NCBI GenBank assembly: GCA_022615255.1
Contig: JAKEHC010000037.1
Coordinates: forward strand, 1 to 34,113
Direction: 5' to 3'
DNA: 34,113 nt
Source: Candidatus Dadabacteria bacterium
Lineage (GTDB): Bacteria > Desulfobacterota_D > UBA1144 > Nemesobacterales > CSP1-2
A model generated the notes under the pieces. It searched no databases. It saw only the letters and a list, made by a program, of their open reading frames with translations, and was not told where the DNA came from. Positions 23,863-32,446 of this stretch are shown piece after piece. Each line of letters opens with the position of its first letter. The stretch's first letter is position 1. Made by a program: the position numbers and the translations under genes.

Positions 23863-24720
23863 TCAATACTTATAAAAACCCCTCCCTGTTTTCCTTCCGA
23901 GCCACCCTGCGCGAACCATCTGACGTAGAAGCGAAGCGGCGCGGAACTTCGGGTCTTTAAACTCCCGATAGAGAACATCTATCACATCAAGTGTTACGTC
24001 AAGTCCAATAAGGTCTATGAGCGCTAGAGGACCAATTGGTTGATTCGTTCCGAGCTTCATCGCTTTATCAATATCCTCAGGTGTTGCAACACCCTCCTCG
24101 AGTGCAAATACCGCCTCATTAAGCATCGGCATAAGAACCCGGTTTACGATAAATCCGGGAACATCCTTTGATTTGACCGGCTCCTTTCCAAGAGCCAAAG
24201 CGAAATCAAAAACAAAGTCTAGAGTCTCTTCTGACGTTGCTAAGCTTTTAATTATCTCCACGAGCTTCATAATAGGCACCGGGTTAAAGAAGTGCATGCC
24301 TATGACCTTATCTGGCCTTTTTGTGCTCATAGCAATTTCTATAATAGGAAGAGAGGAAGTATTTGTGGCAAGTATCACGTTAGAAGGTGTGGTTGCATCT
24401 AGTTTTTTAAATGACTCTTTTTTAACATTTAAGTCTTCGAACACGGCTTCGATGACCAAATCAACATCTGCCAGATCCTCAAACTTAGTTGTTGACCTAA
24501 TCCTAGATAAAATGGACTTGCTGTCTTCTTCTTTTATATCTCCCTTTTTGACAAGCCTTCCAAGGCTATTTCCGATTGCCTTAATTCCGCGATCAAGCGA
24601 AGAATCAGAAACATCTAGGAGAATAACATCCATTCTGTTTGAAGATACAACCTGAGCTATTCCGGACCCCATTGTTCCTGCTCCTATAACACCTACCTTT
24701 TTCACACCCTCTACATTCAT
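23863..24720 (-). CDS. hbd: 3-hydroxyacyl-CoA / 3-hydroxybutyryl-CoA dehydrogenase
   Basis: The Rossmann motif VGVIGAGTMGSGIAQV, then NTSSL, HFFNPV and the C-terminal GRKTGRGFYKY are all typical of Hbd/FadB-type enzymes. Confidence 0.9.
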   Translation of the reverse strand: MNVEGVKKVGVIGAGTMGSGIAQVVSSNRMDVILLDVSDSSLDRGIKAIGNSLGRLVKKGDIKEEDSKSILSRIRSTTKFEDLADVDLVIEAVFEDLNVKKESFKKLDATTPSNVILATNTSSLPIIEIAMSTKRPDKVIGMHFFNPVPIMKLVEIIKSLATSEETLDFVFDFALALGKEPVKSKDVPGFIVNRVLMPMLNEAVFALEEGVATPEDIDKAMKLGTNQPIGPLALIDLIGLDVTLDVIDVLYREFKDPKFRAASLLRQMVRAGWLGRKTGRGFYKY

Positions 24721-24833
24721 AATAACCTCCTGAGGCTATCTATAATCAAAATTTCAAAAAGGTATTATACCCAATGAAAAATCTACGGAGACTAAATTTG
24801 AAAGAAAACCATACGCGAATTAAACTACACGAA

Positions 24834-25430
24834 ATGAAGGTAATCGGACTTACAGGAAACATAGCATGCGGGAAGACCGTCGTAGCAAGGATGTTCGAAG
24901 AACAGGGGGCAAGGATAATTGACGCTGACCGAATCGCCAGATTGATTGTAGAACCGGGCGAGCCCGCCTGGAAAGAAATCGTAGAAAAATTTGGGCATAA
25001 AATACTTAATCCTGATAGAACAATTAACAGGAAGATGCTAGGCGACATCGTTTTTAAGGATAAAGAAAGAAGAGAAGAGCTTAACAATATTACTCATCCT
25101 AGAATTATTGAGAAGATAAAATTGATGCTTGAGGTGTGCAGAAAAAAAAAGGTTGAGGTTGTTATTATAGAAGCCGCTTTGATAGTGGAGAAAGGCGGGA
25201 TGAAACCGATTATTAGCGATTTGATACTCGTTACTGCGGATGAAGAGGCACAGATAACCAGACTTATCAAAAGGGACGGGCTTACAAGGGAAGAAGCGCT
25301 TACACGAATAAGATCTCAGATGCCGATTCTTGAGAAGGCAAAATATGCAACCTATATAATTGATAACTCCCGAACCCTGGAAGAAACCAGGATGCAGGTT
25401 CAGGAGGCTTGGAAAAAGATTAATTCGTAA
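24834..25430 (+). CDS. coaE: Dephospho-CoA kinase
   Basis: MKVIGLTGNIACGKT (P-loop at the N-terminus), ITHPRI. I prefer the ATG at 24834 to the upstream ATG at 24774 because CoaE normally starts at the P-loop strand. Confidence 0.9.
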   Translation: MKVIGLTGNIACGKTVVARMFEEQGARIIDADRIARLIVEPGEPAWKEIVEKFGHKILNPDRTINRKMLGDIVFKDKERREELNNITHPRIIEKIKLMLEVCRKKKVEVVIIEAALIVEKGGMKPIISDLILVTADEEAQITRLIKRDGLTREEALTRIRSQMPILEKAKYATYIIDNSRTLEETRMQVQEAWKKINS

Positions 25431-25443
25431 ATCGCATTTACTT

Positions 25444-25530
25444 AATCAGAAAGGCACAAGGTTTGAATTCAGAGGTTTTTCTTCTGACACCTGACTTCTG
25501 TCTTCGGACTCTTATCTTTTGATTGACCCA
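25444..25530. repeat. Heptad-periodic element (TTCTGAC-type units) with a complementary left arm
   Basis: In one phase from 25482: ttctgac acctgac ttctgtc ttcggac tcttatc ttttgat tgaccca. Upstream TCAGA-containing segments (25445, 25468) are complementary, for example TCAGAGG-ttttt-CTTCTGA. Confidence 0.7.
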
Positions 25531-25580
25531 TTTTTATCTGGTATAGTTCCATTCCAAAGTAGACTTTGCCTAAAACCACT

Positions 25581-25608
25581 CCTTCGACCCTTCGATGAAC
25601 TCAGGGCT
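25581..25608. repeat. CCTTCGAC-N11-CTCAGGGCT element
   Basis: Shares both boxes with 32353-32384, where the spacer is N15. It lies in the 5' region of the carboxyltransferase gene. The spurious ORF 25601..25801 runs across it. Confidence 0.6.
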
Positions 25609-25717
25609 CGGGACAGGCGAATGAAAATCTCGTGAACAGAACCCCATAAAAACTCGACTTGCCATTTTTACTCTTAAAGAGTAGATTCTTGTCGAGCTTT
25701 AAGGAAAGGAGTAAACG

Positions 25718-27262
25718 ATGAGCGATAAGATAGCGTTTCTTGAACAAAAAGAGAAGGAAGCAGAGCTTGGGGGTGGTGCCGCAAGAATCAAAAAGCAGCA
25801 TGATATGGGAAAGCTCACGGCGAGAGAGAGGGTAAACCTACTTCTAGATAAAAATACCTTTGTCGAGCTAGATAAGTTTGTTGTTCATAGATGCACTGAT
25901 TTCGATATGGAAAAGAGCAGAATCCTTGGCGACGGGGTTGTAACAGGCTACGGCAAGATTGACGGGCGTCAGGTATTCGTATTTGCTCAGGATTTCACCG
26001 TCTTTGGCGGTTCCCTAGGTATGGTGCACGCAAAAAAGATATGCAAAATCATGGACCTAGCTATGGAGGTTGGAGCGCCCGTTATTGGTCTTAACGACTC
26101 AGGTGGAGCCAGAATACAAGAGGGCGTGGAGAGCCTTGCTGGTTATGCCGAGATATTTTTAAGAAATGTGCTTGCTTCGGGTGTCGTCCCCCAGATCTCG
26201 GCTATACTGGGACCGTGTGCAGGAGGGGCAGTTTACTCGCCTGCGATGACGGATTTTATTCTTATGGTAAAAGACACAAGCTACATGTTTATCACGGGAC
26301 CAGATGTTATTAAAGCCGTTACACACGAGGAGGTAACGAGAGAAGAACTAGGCGGAGCAATCATCCACAACTCGACGAGCGGTGTCGCGCACTTTGCCAC
26401 TTCAGATGACCGCGAGTGCATTCAATCAACCCGCGAGCTCCTTAGCTTTCTCCCGTCAAATAATATGGAGGACCCGCCAAGGATATCATGTGACGATCCG
26501 CCCGATCGCCGCGATATGAGGCTTAAAGATGCCGTGCCCGAAAACCCGAATAAGCCATACGATATAAAGGATGTGATTCGTGGAGTCGTTGATGACGGAT
26601 ACTTTTTTGAGGTCCAGGAGCATTTTGCGCAGAATATCGTTATTGGGTTTTCAAGGCTTCAGGGCCGTGTTGTCGGAATAGTCGGGAATCAACCGAACGT
26701 GCTTGCAGGCTGTCTTGACATAAATGCCTCTGTAAAAGGCGCAAGGTTTGTTAGATTCTGTGACTGCTTTAATATCCCGATTCTTACCTTTGTTGATGTT
26801 CCTGGATTCCTTCCTGGCACCGCTCAAGAGTGGGGCGGCATTATCAAGCACGGGGCAAAACTACTATACGCCTACTGTGAGGCTACAGTTCCCAGGGTTA
26901 CTGTAATTACAAGAAAAGCCTACGGGGGCGCTTACGATGTTATGTCTTCAAAACACATACGTGGGGACATAAACTATGCATACCCGACAGCCGAGATTGC
27001 AGTAATGGGTCCGGAAGGAGCCGTGAACATCATCGCAAGAAAAGAAATCGAGCAGGCTGAGAACCCTGAAGCCGAAAGGGCAAGGTTAGCCTCCGATTAT
27101 AGAAACACCTTTGCAAACCCATATAGGGCGGCAGAACTAGGCTATATCGACGAGGTTATAAGGCCTGAAGACACGAGACCAAGATTGATAGGGGCTTTCG
27201 AGATGCTCGAAGGAAAAAGGGAAACAAACCCGCCTAGAAAGCATGGAAACATCCCATTATGA
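25718..27262 (+). CDS. Acyl-CoA carboxylase carboxyltransferase subunit (propionyl-CoA carboxylase beta / methylmalonyl-CoA carboxyltransferase 12S-like)
   Basis: 514 aa with [49 protein letters not shown] and the second-half motifs (GGAYDVM). SD AAGGAAAGGAG lies upstream. Confidence 0.9.
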   Translation: MSDKIAFLEQKEKEAELGGGAARIKKQHDMGKLTARERVNLLLDKNTFVELDKFVVHRCTDFDMEKSRILGDGVVTGYGKIDGRQVFVFAQDFTVFGGSLGMVHAKKICKIMDLAMEVGAPVIGLNDSGGARIQEGVESLAGYAEIFLRNVLASGVVPQISAILGPCAGGAVYSPAMTDFILMVKDTSYMFITGPDVIKAVTHEEVTREELGGAIIHNSTSGVAHFATSDDRECIQSTRELLSFLPSNNMEDPPRISCDDPPDRRDMRLKDAVPENPNKPYDIKDVIRGVVDDGYFFEVQEHFAQNIVIGFSRLQGRVVGIVGNQPNVLAGCLDINASVKGARFVRFCDCFNIPILTFVDVPGFLPGTAQEWGGIIKHGAKLLYAYCEATVPRVTVITRKAYGGAYDVMSSKHIRGDINYAYPTAEIAVMGPEGAVNIIARKEIEQAENPEAERARLASDYRNTFANPYRAAELGYIDEVIRPEDTRPRLIGAFEMLEGKRETNPPRKHGNIPL

Positions 27263-27314
27263 TGGAGGGTTATTAACAATTCTACCACCATGGCATAAAA
27301 GTTATATAAAGATA

Positions 27315-27383
27315 AACGCAGAAATCGAAGGCAAAAAAACTTTTTTCTAAAGCTCTAACTTTGTGTCTTCGTGCCTTCGTGGG
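27315..27383. repeat. Inverted-arm element between the carboxylase genes (CGAAGGCA ... TGCCTTCG around an A7-C-T6 core)
   Basis: CGAAGGCA (27325-32) pairs with TGCCTTCG (27372-79). The right arm carries tandem CTTCGTG units (tcttcgtg ccttcgtg), and the centre is AAAAAAACTTTTTT. Confidence 0.6.
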
Positions 27384-27407
27384 AAAATCATCAATAAGGA
27401 AAAACAA

Positions 27408-28904
27408 ATGTTTAATAAAATCCTAATCGCAAATAGAGGTGAAATAGCAATCCGAATTATAAGAGCGTGTAGAGAGCTAGGAGTAAAAACAGTAGCTGTT
27501 TACTCAGATGCAGACCGCCGCTCCCTCCATGTTGCAATGGCAGACGAGGCTTATCATATCGGACCTCCAGCCCCAGCTGAAAGCTATCTTGTTATAGAAA
27601 AGATAATAGATGCCATAAAGCGCTCCGGTGCTGAAGCTATCCACCCCGGATACGGCTTTCTTTCCGAAAATTATGCATTCGCAAATATATGCGAGAAAGA
27701 GGGAGTCGTTTTTATAGGTCCTACATCGGAAGCCATTCGCCTTATGGGAGATAAGGTAACAGCGAGAAAAATAGCTCAAGAAACCAAGGTGCCGCTTGTT
27801 CCAGGTTCCGAGGGAGCGGTAAGCGACGTTGAAGCCGAGGTTATAGCGAAGCGAATTAACTATCCGGTCATGGTTAAGGCTTCGGCAGGCGGAGGCGGAA
27901 AAGGAATGAGACTCGTAAGAAAAGAGGAGGATTTTAAGAGCTCCCTCAGAATGGCTCGAAGCGAAGCGCGCACAGCCTTTGGTGACGAGTCCGTTTATAT
28001 AGAGAAATTCATCGAGCGTCCCCGCCATGTAGAGATTCAGATAATCGGAGACTCATATGGAAAGGTCCTTCATCTCTTTGAACGCGAATGCTCGGTTCAG
28101 AGAAGGCATCAAAAGGTAATAGAGGAATCTCCCTCTCCTGCAATTTCAGATGCAACCAGAAAAAAAATGGGAGAGGTAGCTGTGAGAGTCGCAAAAGCCG
28201 TATCCTACCGCGGCGCAGGAACGATCGAGTTTATCCTGGACCAGAACGGTAACTTTTATTTCCTTGAGATGAACACCCGCATTCAGGTGGAGCATCCTGT
28301 TACAGAGATGGTTACCGGGTTTGACATCGTAAAGTGGATGATAAAAATAGCGTCAGGAGAGAAACTCCCGTTCAGTCAAGATGATTTATCCATTAAGGGC
28401 CATGCGCTTGAATGCAGGGTTTATGCTGAAGACCCTGAGAAGAATTTCCTTCCTTCTCCAGGAAAGATAGAGTACCTCCGAACCCCAAGCGGACCAGGCG
28501 TAAGGGACGATTCCTCAATCTACAATGGGTATGAGGTAACACCGTTTTATGACCCTATGCTATCAAAGCTCATTGTGTGGGGGGAAAGGAGAGAGGAGGC
28601 GATAAAGAGAATGAGCGCCGCTCTCCAGGAATATATAGTCTTAGGAGTAAGAACGAATATCGGATTTCTTGGAAGAACTATGGAGAATGAGGAATTTATT
28701 CGTGGAGAGATTGACACCGGTTTCATAGAGCGCCATCCTGAGCTCCTTCCACCCTCTTTAGAAGATGTTAAGCCCGCCCTTATTGCGGCGGCTCTTGCAA
28801 TGAGGAATTCAACTCAGGAAATTGATACCTCAAAACAAGCGCCGCTATCAAACTGGAAGCTCCTTGGTAGAAAATTAGCAGTCTCAAGGGGTCCACTTAT
28901 ATGA
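27408..28904 (+). CDS. accC: Biotin carboxylase subunit
   Basis: MFNKILIANRGEIA at the N-terminus, the ATP-grasp motifs (GGGGKGM, EMNTRIQVEHPVTE), and AAGGA 7 nt upstream of the ATG at 27408. The listed ORF starts at an upstream GTG inside the repeat. Confidence 0.95.
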   Translation: MFNKILIANRGEIAIRIIRACRELGVKTVAVYSDADRRSLHVAMADEAYHIGPPAPAESYLVIEKIIDAIKRSGAEAIHPGYGFLSENYAFANICEKEGVVFIGPTSEAIRLMGDKVTARKIAQETKVPLVPGSEGAVSDVEAEVIAKRINYPVMVKASAGGGGKGMRLVRKEEDFKSSLRMARSEARTAFGDESVYIEKFIERPRHVEIQIIGDSYGKVLHLFERECSVQRRHQKVIEESPSPAISDATRKKMGEVAVRVAKAVSYRGAGTIEFILDQNGNFYFLEMNTRIQVEHPVTEMVTGFDIVKWMIKIASGEKLPFSQDDLSIKGHALECRVYAEDPEKNFLPSPGKIEYLRTPSGPGVRDDSSIYNGYEVTPFYDPMLSKLIVWGERREEAIKRMSAALQEYIVLGVRTNIGFLGRTMENEEFIRGEIDTGFIERHPELLPPSLEDVKPALIAAALAMRNSTQEIDTSKQAPLSNWKLLGRKLAVSRGPLI

Positions 28905-29431
28905 TGTACACATTCAAATTTCAAGGTGATACATACAAGATCAACCTCGAAGAGGAAGGGGAAAAAACCGAGGTTGAGATTTCGGCAAGCGGGGATTCGA
29001 CTAAACCTGATTTCTCTTCAGGAAAAAGTATCCCAATTGAATTTCAAAAGATTGACGAAAGCTTCTACTCGATCATAGTAGACGGCAGATCCATCGGGGT
29101 AGGAATACTAAAAAAGGGTAAAAAGGTTGAGGTATTCTTGGGTGGCGACCTTTACGAATTTGAATCAATCTCAGATAGAGAAAGGGAAAAGGCAAAGGGA
29201 GTTATCTCAGGGGTTCAGGAAATTAAATCCCCTATGCCGAGCCGTGTTGTAAAGATCCTTAAGAGCAACGAGGATGTCGTGAAGGAAGGCGAAGGAATAA
29301 TCGTCATAGAGGCGATGAAGATGGAAAGCGAGCTTAAATCTCCGATTGAAGGAAAGGTTAAAGAAGTGAAGGTCAAAGAGGGAGACGCCGTAGAGAGTGG
29401 AACGGTGCTTGTTATGATTTCGTCTGAGTAG
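28901..29431 (+). CDS. Biotin carboxyl carrier protein (biotinyl domain with an N-terminal extension)
   Basis: The C-terminal biotinylation motif is IEAMKME. ATGA start/stop overlap with accC. 176 aa. Confidence 0.85.
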   Translation: MMYTFKFQGDTYKINLEEEGEKTEVEISASGDSTKPDFSSGKSIPIEFQKIDESFYSIIVDGRSIGVGILKKGKKVEVFLGGDLYEFESISDREREKAKGVISGVQEIKSPMPSRVVKILKSNEDVVKEGEGIIVIEAMKMESELKSPIEGKVKEVKVKEGDAVESGTVLVMISSE

Positions 29432-29439
29432 ATTGCTCA

Positions 29440-29513
29440 TTAGCCACAGAGGGAAGGATAAAAAAGATTTATTCTTTTTTCTTCTCAATACACTCTGTGT
29501 TCTCTGTGGCTAA
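29440..29513. repeat. 74-nt element with perfect 12-bp terminal inverted repeats TTAGCCACAGAG
   Basis: TTAGCCACAGAG (29440-51) and CTCTGTGGCTAA (29502-13) are exact reverse complements. There is an inner hairpin AAAAAAGA-tttat-TCTTTTTT. It is related to the element at 12546-12625. Confidence 0.85.
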
Positions 29514-29532
29514 AGTTTGAGTCCTAAGCATC

Positions 29533-30426
29533 ATGAAAGAAGGTATTGTCGGAGTCACAGGTAGTACGGGATTTGTTGGAAGAAGTATAGTAAAAAAACT
29601 CCTAGAGGATAGGTGGAAGGTAAGATGTATTCTAAGAAAACCCGACGGCGGGGAAGCCCTAAAAAAACAAGGGGTAGATATCTACAAAGGAGACATTACG
29701 AATAAGCCCTCGATTGATAAGTCCTTCTTCCAAGATTTAAGCTACGTAATCCACCTGGTTGGAATAATTAAAGAGGTAGACACACAGACATTTGAGAGGG
29801 TTCACTTTCAGGGAACTAAGAATGTCGTTGACCTGGCAAAAGAAGCCGGGGTGAAAAAATACGTCCATATGAGCGCGCTCGGAACAAGGAAAGATGCAAA
29901 AAGTAAATACCACTCTACAAAGTGGAAAGCCGAGGAATACCTGAGGAAAAGCAGCTTAACCTATACGATTTTCAGACCCTCAATAATATTCGGTCCTGAC
30001 GATGAATTCATCAATACATTCATCCGCATAATCAAGCTTTCGCCCTTCGTCCCAGTCATTAAAGGAGGAAAACTCCAGCCCATATATGTAGGAGATGTCT
30101 CCCACTGTTTTGTGCAGTCCCTGACTAACACGAAAACAGATGGAAAAACGTTTGAGCTTGGAGGTAATAAACAATACACACTAGAAGAAATAATAAAACT
30201 TATGATGAAGGTGCTTAATGTAAAGCGTATTCTAATACCAATCCCAAGCCTTTTGATGTACCCTCCTGCATTTCTTTTTCAAAATGTCTTAAGAAACCCT
30301 CCATTAACCCTGGATCAGCTCATAATGCTTGAAGAAGATAATGTATGCGATATGAAGGAAGTGGAGGATGTATTCTCATTCTCACCGCTACCACTTGAAG
30401 ATGCACTAAAGCAGTATCTCGGTTGA
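29533..30426 (+). CDS. NAD(P)-binding SDR-family protein (NDUFA9/NmrA-like epimerase fold)
   Basis: The N-terminal motif is VTGSTGFVGRSIV, with Y..K (YHSTKWKAE) and FRPSIIFGP. Confidence 0.8.
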   Translation: MKEGIVGVTGSTGFVGRSIVKKLLEDRWKVRCILRKPDGGEALKKQGVDIYKGDITNKPSIDKSFFQDLSYVIHLVGIIKEVDTQTFERVHFQGTKNVVDLAKEAGVKKYVHMSALGTRKDAKSKYHSTKWKAEEYLRKSSLTYTIFRPSIIFGPDDEFINTFIRIIKLSPFVPVIKGGKLQPIYVGDVSHCFVQSLTNTKTDGKTFELGGNKQYTLEEIIKLMMKVLNVKRILIPIPSLLMYPPAFLFQNVLRNPPLTLDQLIMLEEDNVCDMKEVEDVFSFSPLPLEDALKQYLG

Positions 30427-30490
30427 TTAGAAATGATAATTATAATAGCCTATTTTGTATAATCGGTCGTTAAAATAAATTTAAAAGAAT

Positions 30491-30518
30491 GTAGGGGTAC
30501 GCTGCAGCGTGCCCCTTA
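30491..30518. repeat. Degenerate REP-like palindrome, GTAGGGGCAC subfamily (GTAGGGGTACGCTGCAGCGTGCCCCTTA)
   Basis: Positions 3-26 are self-complementary with one T.G position. The right terminus is altered (CTTAG instead of CTAC). Confidence 0.7.
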
Positions 30519-30660
30519 GTAAAAGAATGGTTAGAGATTTAATTCACCCCCTTTATGGCGAAAAGACTAGTTTTATTATTTTTTCACACAAGCGCAAGGG
30601 AGAATTATCTCTACCGACCACATAAATTTTAAAAAAACAGTAGACAAGGGCTATAATTTT

Positions 30661-32280
30661 ATGATAAATATAATCTTTGTGAATAGTAGGCTTCTCATAT
30701 TATTAATGCTTCCAGTTTTCCTCCTACACTGCGAAGGCAGAGAAAAGGAATCCTCTCCCTCCGCATTACTAAATAAAGATAGGCTTAATATAAACATAGG
30801 CTCCGAGCCCCCCACGCTTGATTGGTCTCTTGCAACTGACAGCACCTCATACACCATCATACTCAATATTATGGACGGACTTACTAGATTTGGAAAAGAC
30901 TATAAGCCTGAGCCGTCACTTGCCGAGAGCTGGGAGATAAGTGAGGATGGAAGGATCATAACCTTCCACCTAAGAAAAAATGTATTCTGGAGCGACGGAA
31001 AACCTCTCATTGCTAGGGATTTTGAATACTCATGGAAGCGTCTTCTTAATCCCAAGACTGGCGCAGACTATGCCTACTTTCTCTATGATATAGAAGGTGG
31101 AAAGGAATACAACACAGGCAAAGAAAAAGACCCTGAAAAGATCGGTGTAAAAGCACTGGACGACAGTACCCTCCTTGTAAAACTGAAGCGCCCTGCCTCT
31201 TATTTTCTTAGCCTGCTTACGTTTATGTCTACATTCCCGATGAGACAAGACGTAGTCGAAAAACACGGTTTAAAGTGGACAGAGCCTAAAAATATAGTCA
31301 CTCTCGGACCCTTTTATCTCTCCAATTGGCGCCATCACGAAAGGATTCTACTCACTAAGAACCCGAATTACTGGGGAGAGAAGCCAAAGCTCAACAAAGT
31401 CGAAATGGTAATGGATGAGAACCCGACATCGGCTCTTGCCCTTTACGAAGGTGGGGAGCTTGACTATATTGATGGAAGAAGCATACCAGTGCTTGAAGTC
31501 CCAAGGCTCAGATTATCGCAAGAGTTTAAAACTGAGCCGCAGTTCAGGGGAAACTATATCGGGTTTAATGTAAAGAAGCCGCCATTTGATAACCCCCTTG
31601 TAAGACGTGCCTTTTCTGCCGCGGTTGACAGGTCTAAGATCGCGGAGCTTATACAGGGTGCAGGAATTCCTACTACCTCTTGGATCCCTCAAGGGATGCT
31701 TGGATATGATCCCGAAATTGGAATCGAATTTAATCCCGATAAGGCTAAGACCTGGCTCGCTGAGGCAAGATACCCGGGTGGAAACGGATTTCCTGAGATA
31801 ATTTTTCTATATCCCGATGTCGGAAATAATAGAATAGTCTCTGAAGCCCTGCAAAACATGTGGAAAAGATATTTGGGAGTACATGTAGAGCTCCAGAACC
31901 AGGAATGGAAGGTTTATCTAAGCACCCTTGATACCGACCCGCCGCAGGTCTTTCGAGCCAACTGGGGTGCGGATTTTCCAGACCCGCATAATTTTATGAA
32001 CCTCTTTGAGTGTAACAGCGGAAATAACGAAACAAAATGGTGTGATAAGATGTACGATGAGCTTATAGAAAGAGCAGCTGCAGAAGATAACACTGAAAAA
32101 CGTGTCGCAATTTATAAAGAAGCGCAGAAAATTCTTACAGAGACCGAGGTTCCGATTGCCCCTATCATGACCTCAATCCAACAGAGCATGATAAAACCAT
32201 ATGTGGCAGGTCTCAGCCTTAACCCGCTTGGTATGGTCTTCTTCAACCAGGTATCGTTTGCTGACAAGGCGTCAAACTGA
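30661..32280 (+). CDS. ABC transporter substrate-binding protein, family 5 (peptide/nickel, OppA/DppA-like), probable lipoprotein
   Basis: Signal peptide ending LLHC. Family-5 SBP motifs are present (DGLTRFGKDYKPEPSLAESWEISEDG, FHLRKNVFWSDG, NPNYWG). 539 aa. Confidence 0.85.
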   Translation: MINIIFVNSRLLILLMLPVFLLHCEGREKESSPSALLNKDRLNINIGSEPPTLDWSLATDSTSYTIILNIMDGLTRFGKDYKPEPSLAESWEISEDGRIITFHLRKNVFWSDGKPLIARDFEYSWKRLLNPKTGADYAYFLYDIEGGKEYNTGKEKDPEKIGVKALDDSTLLVKLKRPASYFLSLLTFMSTFPMRQDVVEKHGLKWTEPKNIVTLGPFYLSNWRHHERILLTKNPNYWGEKPKLNKVEMVMDENPTSALALYEGGELDYIDGRSIPVLEVPRLRLSQEFKTEPQFRGNYIGFNVKKPPFDNPLVRRAFSAAVDRSKIAELIQGAGIPTTSWIPQGMLGYDPEIGIEFNPDKAKTWLAEARYPGGNGFPEIIFLYPDVGNNRIVSEALQNMWKRYLGVHVELQNQEWKVYLSTLDTDPPQVFRANWGADFPDPHNFMNLFECNSGNNETKWCDKMYDELIERAAAEDNTEKRVAIYKEAQKILTETEVPIAPIMTSIQQSMIKPYVAGLSLNPLGMVFFNQVSFADKASN

Positions 32281-32318
32281 AACGGTTTCCCATTGAATGT
32301 AAAGTGTTTCTATAACCG

Positions 32319-32384
32319 TTCGTCCTGAGAATGTCGAAGGACGAACACCATCCCTTCGACTTCGCTGACGCTCCGCTCAGGGCT
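32319..32384. repeat. Two-part structured repeat: a GTTCGTCCT/AGGACGAAC hairpin plus CCTTCGAC-N15-CTCAGGGCT
   Basis: A 9-bp stem (32319-27 / 32338-46) encloses CCTGAG..GTCGAAGG. That segment is itself complementary to the downstream CCTTCGAC (32353-60) and CTCAGG (32376-81), so alternative pairings are possible. Confidence 0.7.
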
Positions 32385-32446
32385 GACTGGTTCCCCGATT
32401 TAATCGGTTCGAGTCTTGTTGCGAGTAATCCTTAGACGGTGCTATT

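Noticed and set aside
23604-23978. 124-aa minus-strand ORF downstream of and overlapping hbd
   Set aside because: It overlaps the well-supported hbd 3' end in another frame. Its composition is Ser/Arg/His-rich with no motif, no SD and no plausible start context. I treat the underlying DNA as non-coding (see the finding at 23586-23862).
25601-25801. 66-aa minus-strand ORF upstream of the carboxyltransferase gene
   Set aside because: It overlaps the carboxyltransferase start in antisense and crosses the CCTTCGAC/CTCAGGGCT repeat, so it is a repeat-derived open frame.
27504-28028. 174-aa minus-strand ORF inside accC. The same reasoning applies to the other listed antisense ORFs: 218-538, 1316-1522, 2745-3191, 3097-3360, 4374-4556, 5298-5483, 5425-5931, 5598-5789, 5928-6122, 7448-7774, 7686-7877, 8366-8566, 8657-8920, 11366-11605, 12074-12277, 13548-13847, 16321-16680, 18915-19106, 19370-19567, 20231-20446, 20764-20976, 22740-22958, 24173-24655, 24746-25087, 26651-26851, 28009-28194, 29207-29488, 29961-30179, 29980-30174, 30651-30866, 31030-31266, 31607-31801, 33517-33831 and 33716-33913.
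   Set aside because: Each lies on the opposite strand, or in another frame, of a CDS with strong family motifs. None shows a recognisable motif of its own.
32406-32415. GGTTCGAGTC, a tRNA T-arm-like motif
   Set aside because: The flanking sequence gives no acceptor stem, D-arm or anticodon stem. No other T-loop consensus was seen in the window, so no tRNA is called.
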